Shown here: piece by piece, positions 51,852-64,000 of the stretch
Layout of the letters: each line of letters opens with the position of its first letter
Numbering within the stretch: the stretch's first letter is position 1
From: Ptychomitrium polyphyllum
Taxonomy: Eukaryota
Length of the DNA stretch: 64,000 nucleotides
Assembly: GCA_973851085.1 (NCBI GenBank)
Contig: OZ316775.1
Location: forward strand, 5,766,001 to 5,830,000
Reading direction: 5' to 3'
Translations under genes and position numbers: made by a program
The notes under the pieces: model-generated
Told to the model about the DNA's origin: nothing
Seen by the model: the letters and a program-made list of their open reading frames with translations, nothing else
Databases searched by the model: none

Positions 51852-54800
51852 GCTACAAAGGAGAGATGATAATTGTGATATCAGAACAACATTGTTGGAT
51901 AATTTGTCATATCATTTTTATGTCATCAAAATGACTCAAGATAAAATGATGTCAAAATGACATCCATATGTGTTATATAAAAATAATTCTAAAACTAACA
52001 TAAAATGAATGAATCAAAATGATATCAAATCGACATCAAAGTCATGTAAAATATCACTTTGATATCAATTTGGTTCAAGACAAAATGATATCTATTGAAA
52101 TGATTTAAACATGTGTCAATCATACATTATTTTGTAGTTATTTAAAGTTATTTAATATGATTTTGATGTTATTTTAAACCAATCTATTTTGATGTCATTA
52201 TGTCATGAAGGTGACAACAAAATAATGTCAAGTATTTTGATATCATACCCATGTTAAAATGACCTAGAATTTCTAAGGGTGAGCAAAGTCTACAAGGCTT
52301 TACTAACCTCTGGCAATAATAGACATACATTCAGGAATCTACAGCATATGTAGACTTTGGGTAGAAGTGCAGCAGGAACAGTCATGTAGTATTCCACCTC
52401 TCAAGTTCAGTGCATGACTCAGTGACTGATAAGCTGGCAGCACCCATTCCCTTGGGTTTAAGATGGTTTACATACGTCCCAACTTGTGTTACAAATCACA
52501 ATTATGCAGAAAGGAAGGCAAATATAAATGAAGAGAGATTCTGGAAACAGATTCTCAATTATTGAAATTTTAAGGTACATTGTGAATGCTCACACCTAGA
52601 ATCTACTAAATATCCTTGACTGAAGCTCAATGACTTCATTCCTGAGTCTTAGAGAAGTAACTTCCAACATACTCTGTAACCAAAATTATTAAAAGCCAGA
52701 CCTCAAGACCAAGGCATCCTACTGGAGAACCACTTTCATATGCACCCATTTCCTTTTCTACTGAACCAAGTATTGTTTAGTATGTATCTTCATCCAAGAT
52801 CAGAAAATAGAGCAAGGAACTACAGCGCATCACAAAGTTTTATGCACATTGAACCTGTCATAAACATCTGCAAAACCAGTGTTCCTGAATACCTATTTTT
52901 TCTAGGTTCATTCACACTTTCCAATTTCCATTCTAGATGATTCCCACTATGTCTTGGTGGGTATCATATGCATCCAGCTTCAGATGCATAGATTGAAGTG
53001 CCCGCACATTGAATAGAAACAGCAGCACACATAGGTATAGGTGTTCCTTCCTTAAAACCAAATCAGTCACCAACTAACAGGCATGCGTGAATAAGATTGG
53101 GTGGTTCCAGACTAATCCCATGAGTCTCATGATGTTCACAGATACCCAATAGGAACATAGTTCTCTAAGATTCTGAATGTGCTGGCCAACTGCAATTGAT
53201 AAGTTAACCCCAAGATTTCAGGAACCCATTAAAGTCATGGATTTGGCTACTAAATTCACTCATCCTACACGTCATTGACTGGAAAATGCTCATACCCAGA
53301 ATGTAACTTGGAAACTATTAGGGCAAGGCAACCCATGTGTCTAAAAGAGAGCTCACCTGTGCAATGGAGTCACTTCATTTACAATCTTCTACCTTTTGAA
53401 TTGATTTCCACATGAGTGATAAAAGTGTTTATGCCCTTTACAAAAAAAATCCTAGGAAATGAAACTTTAAATGAACTAGGGCAATAACCACTCTTGGGAG
53501 CTCCAGCCAGGCTCCTAGATAAAGCCCATGTGAACATGGCCAGGTTCCACACCAGTGCATGCAGAGCAGGAACCAATGCTAAATGCAAAGTTACAAGCGG
53601 CTTTAAGCATTGAACCCACATCTTATGGAGTGCATGCAAGCCTATGAGCTGACATTTCTATGCCAGGTAGCCATGCACATGCATCTGAGGTGGCTTCTCA
53701 CGCTTCCATATGAATCAGATATTCCTGGTCTGTTCCATGTGAAATTTCTCAGCAGCTACTTCAATTGAGTTATTATAAGTTTTGAAAGGCGTCCTTATTA
53801 CTCAAGGTAGAAACCTCTATTGCTGTTAGGGACCTATATCAGTCTCCTAGAAGTGCATTTGTGTCCACTCACAGGTATTTCAAGTAACTTGAGTCACTCT
53901 TTGTTATAGAACGAAGGAATCACAATACATGCAAACCTCCTTTATGTCACCTTTTGTAAAATCACCAATTTCTAAATCTAAAGAATATCCTTAGAACTGT
54001 GATATTAAGGAGGACACGGATATTCAACTTAGTATAAAATTGGTACCTTTGTAAGATTTATACCCAGATAAGAATATAATAAATATAAATTAAGAATAAA
54101 TTAATGCTGCAGGATTTTTTTTAAGTTCAACTTTTTAAATTAAAATAAATTTTTTAATTCATTACAAAGAAATGATCAATAAGTTTTAAATGAAATCCAT
54201 TGAAAAGAAATTTGAAGTATAAAAATATGAATTTGATATTTTTTTGAAATTTTAGAACGTTTATTCATATTGGTTTGTATTTATCAAGTCATTTTTGGAT
54301 TTTAATTTTTGTAAATTTTTATTTTATGATTCCAATATATTCCTTATATAAGAGCAACAATAATTTTTGTGTGTTCCAAATAATTCAAATTTGTTATTTA
54401 TTTTCCAAAATATTATGTGCCAAACATAATTTTTAAAAGAAAATTTTAGAACTTTAGAGAATGATAATATGTTTCTTCAAACATTATGTTCTTTAACTTT
54501 CAATCAAAAGTTCAAGATTCTTTCAATATATTTTTAAAAATTATTTAGAAAGGATTTAAAAAACATATAAATTATTTTTTTAGTTTTATGAATGAAAACA
54601 TTTGACAAGATGAAAGACAATTCTTGCAACATGGTAAGGAATCATTTTTTGGAACAGGCTAGGTATATTTTTTTGTTTAATTGGAGGTTGGGAATTGAAA
54701 CTTGCATAAAAACGAAGCTTTTGTGGCTTTAGTGATTCATATGTATTTGAATTACTACCAAGCAATTTGAAGCATAAAGAGATTTAGACTAATAAATGAT

Positions 54801-56999
54801 GAATTAAAGAGCCCTTGCTCCAATTGCACAAGGCAAAACACTATTGAGAATCTCTTGTAGAACTCACTTTTGGCATCAAAAACTACAATATTGCCAACTT
54901 GACTCATAATATATTTGAAGATAAGAAGGAGAAGCTTTTAGTAATCAAACCGTTTTCAAAGGATGGTAGTATATTTACCTTATCAAGGACGGCACTAACT
55001 ACGTAAAAAACTTTGTTTGTAATAGGAAATTGATTGGTATTTGTTCCATTGCAATTGTTTAAGCACATTTAGAGCTTGAATATGAAGACTTTAAACGTAA
55101 TGAGATGCATTACATTTACAACTTCCAATACAAAAAGAAGATACACCAAAATTCTTATATATGCATTTAATACAACTTGTAGTTGAATTTGGAGGTGTCT
55201 TTTTTAAAACTTAATTTGTCAAAGATTAAAAACAACTTTGAATTTGGCCACATCAAAGATTATTTTCAATAACAATGGTAAAGAAACATTGGCAAAAACA
55301 TTTCTTGAAGTTGGAAAATATAATAGAAATCTTTGCCAATATGATGTCATTTATAATGATTCTTAAATTACAAGTAATATAAAAACAAACCGGGCTACAA
55401 TAGTAACAAGTTGGTAAGCATTTTTCTCCACAAGATGTTGGAATGTTTAGTGGCTTTATCATTTTTTAACGTGGCTAAAGCAATCATTAAATCTTCTTCA
55501 ATGAAGATTTGCCAAAAATGCAAGCTAATCTTAAAGCTGAAGTTATATCAACCTTTGAAGAAGATACTTATGAGAAAACTAAGGTAAATCATTCATTTAA
55601 TGCACCATTTACATTAAAAGTGGCTTCTTTATTTAATCTTGTTGCTAGGATTCTTTTATTTTATTAGAACTTGTGATTAAAAGAGGTGTAGTGGATTATT
55701 TACAATAATGTGCTTATTTTTTGTTGCATGAGTAGCAATGCCACTAATGTTGTATTATTATAAATTAGGATGATCTTTGATGCTCAACATATTATGTTTG
55801 TTTAACTACTTGTTTAAGAGCTAGATTTAAAAGGTGCAAGCTTTGACCTTTTCAATATAATTACTTTACTTGGTGGCACAAAATGTACCATAGGTTGTAT
55901 TAGGCAACCATTGCAATTGATTATCTAAATTGATTTTATATTTTTTTATTTACAATTGTTGCTAGAATTTGTATTGATCAATATCACTAACCATAATACT
56001 TTTGTTGGTCAACAAAGAGTCTCAATTTTATATTAAAAGACTAAATTAAAGAATTATGATTTTGACTTGATTGAACTATAAGAAATAGGATAAAAGAATT
56101 AATTCCTATGGCATTTGCAATAAGTGATATAACCATGTTAATAGCAACTTTGTATAGTTGCAACACATTGATAATAAATTTACTTTATCAACCAATTCTA
56201 CTAAAGCAAACACTCTTCTTGATAACAAATTCAATGGATCAATTTAATCCATCACTTTTAAAAGGTTTTTAGCAAAATATTACAAGGATCCAATTCTAGT
56301 GTGGAATACACATGCAAAACTATCTTCATAGTATTAAAAAATTGTGATTCTATTAAAACCTTTGAACATGCGAGATCCTTCATCTTTATCTACTATTGTC
56401 TACAAAATTCAATGGCTTCATCTAGTTAAAATATTGCTTTAGTGGAGGTATTTGCAAACATTGATATTGGTTTAATAATGTTTTATAGAAATTTGGCTTA
56501 AAGTCAAATAATTCATTCATTTGAATTTTAACTTTATACATAAGTGAGCACCTTAAGATCATCTTTAAAAGTTATTAATTTTGAATCATAAGTAATCATC
56601 CACTTTTATTATTTGCACATATTTTTGTCAATTTCCAAAAATTGTTGTTGGTATTGGCAAAGAGGATTTGAAAGAATTGAACCACATTGACTTATTTATT
56701 TTTGGATGTCTTAATAAAGTCTCTCATAAACTAACTTAGATTAGAGTTTAGATGAATAAGAGTCCTATCTATTTTATTGAATCTTCTAATGTCAAATATG
56801 CTTGTGCTACAATTGTGCCTTCTAATACAAATGTCTTTGGCAATTGAACAATGAAAAAAATAATTGTAGATTATTATTCATTTAATTATAAGACCAAGTT
56901 GGATTGATCATATGGTGCAAGTATGATTGCCTTGAAAATACATCCAAGAATCTTTGTTGTCTCCAAGGTCAATATACGATGCTAAAATTAAATTTAGAT

Positions 57000-59900
57000 A
57001 GATCCATGTTCCAACAAGCCTAGCAGCAATTCAAAATACAAATTGATCTGAAATACTTAAGGTTCTTATGATATGTATATCCAATCATCGTATGAGTTGC
57101 ATCCTTAAGGAATTACGCCATTTCTGAAAAGAATCTACAATGGCAATGAGCTCTTTGTTGTCGACCCCATATTTAATCTCTGCAGTTAAGAGCTTTTCTA
57201 AATTAAAAATAAGCACATGAAGCCGTATTTTTTTTTTTGTTGTAACAAAATTGCTTCTAATGCGAAGTCTAAGGCACTTGCTTCTATGAAAAATGGTTTA
57301 TCAAATCCAAATGTATCAAAATGGAAGCTTTTATAGAGATTGTTTTTAAACTTTAAAAAGTTGTTTTTGCTTCTCTTTTCTACTCCATCTTTTCCTTGCA
57401 TATTAGTCGCATATATAGAGTGTTTTTATTTGACAATAGTCCTTGATGAAGATCTTAAAGAAGTTTGCAAATTCAAAAAATATTGCACATTACATACCAA
57501 TTATGGAGTTGTCCGCTTGCTGATGGCATCAACTTTCTTAAGATCCATTAATAGGCCTTTATTGGAATGATATAGCTAAAGAATCTTAATTATAACTTGT
57601 AGAATATATACCTCTCTAACTTAGCGTACAATCTAGCATCTTGTAGTTTTTGCAAAATAAGCTGGAAGTGTTGTTTATCCTCTTTTGAATCCTTTGAATA
57701 TATCAAAAAATCATCCAAGTAACATACTATAAATCATCAAGGTATCCACAAAATATATTATTCATTAGATGTTGGAATATGGTTGGTGCATTGGTGAATC
57801 CAAAAGACATGTTGTTATATTCAAAATGTCCATATCTTGTTTGAAATGGCATCTTCCATTTGTCTTTTTTTTGTGTGTGCACCAACTGTAAGCTCTTTGT
57901 AGATCTATTTTGTTGTAGATCTTTGCTTGATCAAAAGTTGATTAAGAAGTTTGAATATCAACGGTAATGAATATTGGTATTTACTAACACTTTAAGAAGC
58001 GGCAATAATCAACATACATTTGTAAGGATCCGTCTTTCTTCTTTACAAATAATATGGATGCTCTAGCAAGTGATTTAGAATGTTGGATGAAATCAGTTTT
58101 ACAGTTTTTTTAAAATAATAATCTTAAGTTAGCTTATTCAAGTTGTAATAGATTGGAGATAGGCCCAAAAGATAGTTGTGCTCTTACTTGTAGTTCAATG
58201 GCAAAACTGTAAGGCCAATGTTTGGGTAACATATTTGCATTTTTCTTCTCAAAGAAGTCTACATAATATTGGTATTGTAGGAAATTATATTAAATAATCT
58301 TTCTTGTATTATTATTTGTTGGTGTGATATAAATGGCATAAATTGCATTATTTTTTTTAGCACTTATAAATGCCTTAACTCCAATAAATGATGGCTAAAG
58401 ATATTTCCTACCTTGACAAAGCTTTTGTAAATCAGTAATTTATAAGTTCCAAGTAATTTGAGGATTATGCAATTTAAATCTAAGCAAGTCCAAAAAATTG
58501 GATTTATTTGACATTGAATGATATTAAAAATAATCTTAGATATTTGGTCATATAAGATGACATTTAAAAGCCCAGTTTGTCTATAGCATTATTAAATGCA
58601 AGAAATCATCATTTGATAACTTCAAGGGATGTAAGGTGTTTTTTGTGCATAAACACCAAGGTGATATTTGATTGCAAAAACTTTGTCCATGAAGCATGTT
58701 AATGCATCCATGTCAAAGGAGGCTTTACTAAAAATATCACCATTTAGCAATTTGGTTTTTATTGGAAGCTTAAAGTAAGGAATAGGATCAGGTGGTAGTT
58801 ATTAGAGACATAAGAAATAAGAAGCATAAACAAAGTGTTTCCCAAGAATTAGCTTCCAAAAAACTAATGATTAATTAGAACTTGATACAAAGATTAGAGA
58901 GCAAGGTGGGATACAAAATGATCCACAATTTGTGTTGGCAAGACTAAGGAATACCTTGTTTTGTCTCCTATTTATACTATGACGTTTGTATCTCCTAGGA
59001 TACTTCTAAAAAAGCTTCATACAAGGCTTAAGAATGCTCTAGAAGTCTAGGGAACCTTCCCAAAAAGTTTCATAAGATGTTGGAACCTTTCTAAGAAGCT
59101 TCTAAGGAATTCGAATCTTCCTTGGAAGTTCCCTAAGGCAGCGGAACCTTCCTAGGAAGTTTCCTAAGGTGGAAGAACTTTCCTAGGAAGTTTCTTAAGG
59201 TAGAAGAACTTTCCTAGGAAGCTTCTAAGAACACGGAAAGGCTATGGAGACATTTAAAAGTATTTTAAGAAGCTATTATAGTATTTTAGAAGGTTCTAGA
59301 ATGTTCTAAGGACCATGTTGCATAATCTATATCCGTGACAGTAGTAAGAGACTTTTATTTGACAATTTACTTATGATGGATTCCAATTGCATGGCTCCTA
59401 TTGTTGCCTAACTTCTACATTTCCACTCTTACGTTCCTAGCTTTGTAGCTGGATTGTTTGGTTTGGCAGTCTTGCATTTGATGTTTAGATTTTCTACAAC
59501 ATAGACATAAATTTCCTCTTTGACGTTTTTTTTTTTTTTTTGAGTCAAGTACTTCAATTTGAACAACATCAATTTGCACATGTTCCAATTCCAATGATTG
59601 AATTTTTAATATTCTTAGAGAAGCAGTTGTCATACTTTGATATGTTGGTTTTTATCTCAAACATTATTCTTGGCATCTATTATCACACTCTATTATTTGA
59701 ATAATGAATTTATCCAATGTATTAACCTTTGGTATGTTAAGTAGCAAATCTTTTATACTATCCTTAAAACTCCATCAAAATTTGTTCCAATCAACGTCGA
59801 AAGCCAGTTGACAAAACTTTGCAGCATATGTACCACTATATGTTGTCCTTGTTGTAAACTTTAATTCTTGTTTCAACAACCCTTTCTTAATCAGTGTCTC

Positions 59901-60949
59901 CAAATATATATGTTAATATTTCTATAAATGCGTCTAAATTGTTCAACAATGGTAACTTCTTCTCTATAAGTGGTACAAACTAAAATAATGCATTGTTTGA
60001 TAGAAAAGTGGGTATAAATTTAATTTGAGTAGTGTTGTTAGGATAATAAGATGAATTCAAATTTTTAAAAAGCTTCTATTGTTGAACAAAGCTTTTCAAC
60101 TTTAATCTTGATCCATCAAATTTGTCTGGCATACTAATTTTTGACTTTGCATGGTTTTGGCATAAAACTTTCTTTCCAATGTTGGCTTCTTGTAATCAAA
60201 CAACTTCTTGATATACGCTTTTAATATCACTATTGAGTGCTTCAACATGAAGAGTATGTTGCTCTACGTTTGTTGGTAGTGTTAAATCAAATAAACTCCA
60301 TCCAAACTGTATTCTCTGATGTTTCTAGCATGTTGGTCATAACTTCAAAAACTTTATAAGCTTTCAAAAGAATAATTAATGTACTCATAATTGACAAAGA
60401 CAAAAATAAATATTATTAATATAGAAGAAGACAAACCTTGTTCTTTGAAAGATTGATCTTTGTTCAAAAGCATAGTGTTTGCTTTCAAAGAGAAAAAGTT
60501 GATCTAACTATAATATTTGCTTATAAAAAGGTAATCTACAATCTCTAAGACGCTCTTGTATTTTAGAAAAGATCAATGATCTACTTTCTTTTTCAAGAAA
60601 TCCTTAATTCTAACAAAGATAAATTAGTTTCAACAAATTATTGTAGATAAAAAGACAAGAGAAAGAAAATAAAATAATGAGGCTTTATATTAAGAATTAA
60701 GAACTATAACAAGCTATAAGGTAGAAGGTCTAAATTAGACCTCAAGAGATGCATTATTAAAGACCAAAGAAATCTTTAGCCTTAGTTTTTATATATATTA
60801 TAATTACAAGCTTTAAAAGCATTTTGAGAAGCTTCTAATACAATGCTTTGAACTCACCTAATCTCAAATTGCTTCATTGGAAGTTTCTTTAACCTTCTTG
60901 AATCATCTAAATATCATTCTAGAAACTTCAAATATATATGTTTGTGACA
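57000..60949 (-). mobile_element. Old, 3'-truncated Gypsy element (LTR ~60949-60640, leader, gag, PR, RT, RH) interrupted by a solo LTR
   Basis: 57050-58780 is a decayed homologue of 12600-14300 (e.g. PFFIEASALDFALEAILLQ); gag at 59400-60330; TGTCACA terminus at 60949. Confidence 0.8.
58800..59340 (-). mobile_element. Nested solo LTR with 5-bp TSD GTAGT
   Basis: GTAGT at 58795-58799 and 59341-59345 flank a complete LTR. Confidence 0.95.
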
Positions 60950-63900
60950 CAACATGTATTAGGCTTAAAAAAAAACTTGATAAAGTCCAACTTGTTTGCA
61001 ATATATACAACTATATTCTAAACAAACATATATAGCCTAGTTATTTTAATTATGATCTACACTTGATGTCAAGGCAAGACACAATTTCTATTTTTAAAAT
61101 ATGTATTTTTTAGTGGTAGTTTGTTGCTCAAAAGCAAGAATGAATGAAAGTATTTGAACTATTGAATTCATGTTCTTCAAGTAGGATAATCTTTTGCAGT
61201 AATAAGTCTTTCAGCCATGTTCCATACATCAACAATAATTTTTGGATTTATAAATAAGCTGCTATTTGTTCAATAACCATTAATTTCAAATTAAAGATTT
61301 AGACAACATTGGTTATATAATGTAGCATGAAGTGCCAAGCCACATCTTATAAATGTAATATAATTTGGTTTTAAGGTAATTTTTATCTATTTAGTATAAT
61401 GTTCATGGAAGTTGGTTTTGTTAGTATTGATTAGGATTTGGAAGGAATATCATGTGAAGAAGCTCCCTTTGCTTGGTAATTTTTGCTTAGTCAAGTTTTA
61501 TAAGTAATATTGAAAAATCTTCTTAGGTAATTTTGCTTTGATATGATGGTTTAATCATTTAGTAAAACTTTAAATTTCTCTTATCACTTCCACTCTTGAA
61601 TTCTTTATTTATAAAGTAAGAGTTTCTTGACTTGTGTGTTGTAATTTCTTCTTTATTTTTTGAATGTATATATTTGTTATGCATTCTTGTTCGATTTTAT
61701 AAATTACAGATTTGGTAATAATTATGATATTCAATCTATTGTGTATGGCATTCTTCATCAACAAATCAAATAGTTTAAGAAATAATAATAAGCAACAACA
61801 ATCAAACAAATCCATCTTACAGGGTTTTTTATTCCGCCATGAAAATGCAATTGTCATGAGCAAATACAGAAGTGGATTCTGAATGGGGTGACTACCAGGT
61901 ACAGCTGTAAGTTACAGCTTTATATTGTGGTGTTGGGTTTTGTTGAAAGAGCTGAGCTAAAGGAGGAGCCCATGTGACCCAGCCTAGGATTACAAAAGCA
62001 ATCTCAAACTTATTGACACTTTCCCTATGTCACATGGGCAGTCATCATCATCTTATAGGTGTATCCAGGATTCCAGATGAACAAGTGACCATCATTGCAT
62101 CCTTTTATAAAAATCTCCAGCATTCTGTTCAGGGATGCGACTGTTACTCAGAATTCTACAACAGCAGCTGAAGACCTCAAGAAAATGCCAAGATTTGTGT
62201 CATGGTAAAAATCTTAACAACTAGTACATATCAAGAACATGATAATACAAGTTATCACAGTATCATTGAAGTTTGAATTTGATACCTGATACATGTAGTT
62301 TAGTTTTCCCTTCAAACTTCATTTAAAAGATGAACAGATTTAGAATAAATTCATCCAAAACGTTGCCTACACATTTTGATTACAAGTTTAGTGCACTTTA
62401 TTCAATCATGCAGTATCTAAAAAATTGATTATGGATAATCAAATGTGCAAGCTTTTACATCCTTGATTAACATAGCAGAATATTTTGTGGACTAAACACA
62501 ACTTCAAACCAATAAATAAAACACGTTGGATTTGAAAATATAAGTTTTTTCATTGCATAGACTTTGGTTTATATAAACATGGAAAAAAAATTGGTTTTAA
62601 TAAATCTGGAATTTGATGTCGTCAAATGGATTGAAATACTTCTCATTTACATTGATTAATAGGATGCAATTATTATCATCATTGTGTTGTAAATGTAGTA
62701 TGGCAGGTTATAGATGACAATCTCCATAATTTAAACTTTTATTTACATATTCATACAATTGAATGATGAATCATTCATATACATAAACAAACAGTATGGT
62801 TTTGCATAATTAATGTAGAATTGAAGATGTCATCTTAGACTTCTCAATTCAATGGCAATATTATTACCATAAGTATTTTGTATGCCGACAACAAAAATCA
62901 ACTTTCAATTGAATTATTTTATTGGAATGAATATTCAGGTGTAAAGATTTTTTACATGCTTTTGTACATTTGAAGAGAGTGGTCTAGCCTAATGTGCTGC
63001 ACATAATTAAGGATCAGAAAGGAAACAAGTCAAAGATTCCTGGTAAATTTGACAAGATATATGAAGATTGTCATTTTCTCCTACAGAGTTGGAATTTGGT
63101 TAATAGGTGGAGTAACTTGAGAGAGGTTCAGTGAGCTGAAATGTTGATTTAGTCCAGCTCAGGTTTCTGAGCAAGAAAGCAACAAGGAATCACCTCCAGC
63201 CATTCACAGGTATTCTCTTTACCAAAGTTCAAAAGATACAAGTACATTCTCATGGCCATATTAATTTTCTTCTCACATACGATATCCAAAATCAGTTGAA
63301 CTTTGTAATGTAGTAGGTGGATTTGCTGCATGCTGCAAATAGTTTTTCATTCGTTGACAAAAATCCAATGATTTTTTTAAAAGGAGTAAAATTGCCAAAT
63401 TACTACCAATCTTAATTAAAATGGAATATTTTATTATACTGTAGTAGATTTTATGCCACATATGTACCTACGTTTCTTGGAAATTTGTCAGATTTGGATG
63501 AAAATTTGCACGTTCATTTAGAAGAGTAACATATTTGGATTATTAAACTATAGTTACAGAGGTGAAGTCATTACTGGTCACCACTTGTTACACACAAAGA
63601 AATTAGTCATCACCAGATTGGAAATCTGCCTAAATGATTTGAGTTTTTTCTAAAAAGAAGAGCCACTGATAAAATTTCTCCGTTCTGCTACTTTAACTGC
63701 CAGTTGGGTTTTTGCATCGAATTTGACTTGGTTTTTCGAAAAAAGAAAAACGAAAATTTTTAATATGTGTATTCAATATATTATTATGATAATAATGACT
63801 CATCGTTATACTGCACATGGAAGATTCAGATTATATATTGCCATGAAAGCTGTCAAAGCCACAAAACAGTCACCGACACAAAACTTACAGAAGCATACCC

Positions 63901-64000
63901 ATGGTATAAATTGTTACATCTCTCCATTTGGCCCTGGTTTATCTTTGGTTGGTTGTCCTTGAACCCCTTAAGAGGTTACAGCTACCCCCTAAATGACTAT

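Overview
Eukaryotic, intron-containing plant nuclear DNA. The gene content, introns and Tcn1-type chromoviral LTR elements resemble a moss such as Physcomitrium patens (inference, not verified). Host genes I could reconstruct by hand: an 8-exon MCA1/CNR13-like mechanosensitive channel gene (141-3016, -, 431 aa), an ABA4-like gene with a GC-AG intron (45590-~47147, +), and an unidentified micro-exon transcript (~47900-49900, -). The rest is mostly transposon-rich heterochromatin: about 10 LTRs or LTR pieces of one Ty3/Gypsy chromovirus family, several decayed gag/pol remnants, a stop-riddled SUVR5-like pseudogene and a plastid ndhC fragment. The dominant structure is a ~5.1 kb near-perfect inverted repeat (9995-15129 / 15523-20657) of one chromovirus around a 100-N gap, which may be an assembly artefact. 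This element shows a compact set of expression and replication signals: a tRNA-independent self-priming site, a -1 frameshift signal at gag-pol, and an intact 199-aa extra ORF after the chromodomain whose ATG overlaps the pol stop codon (TGATG).
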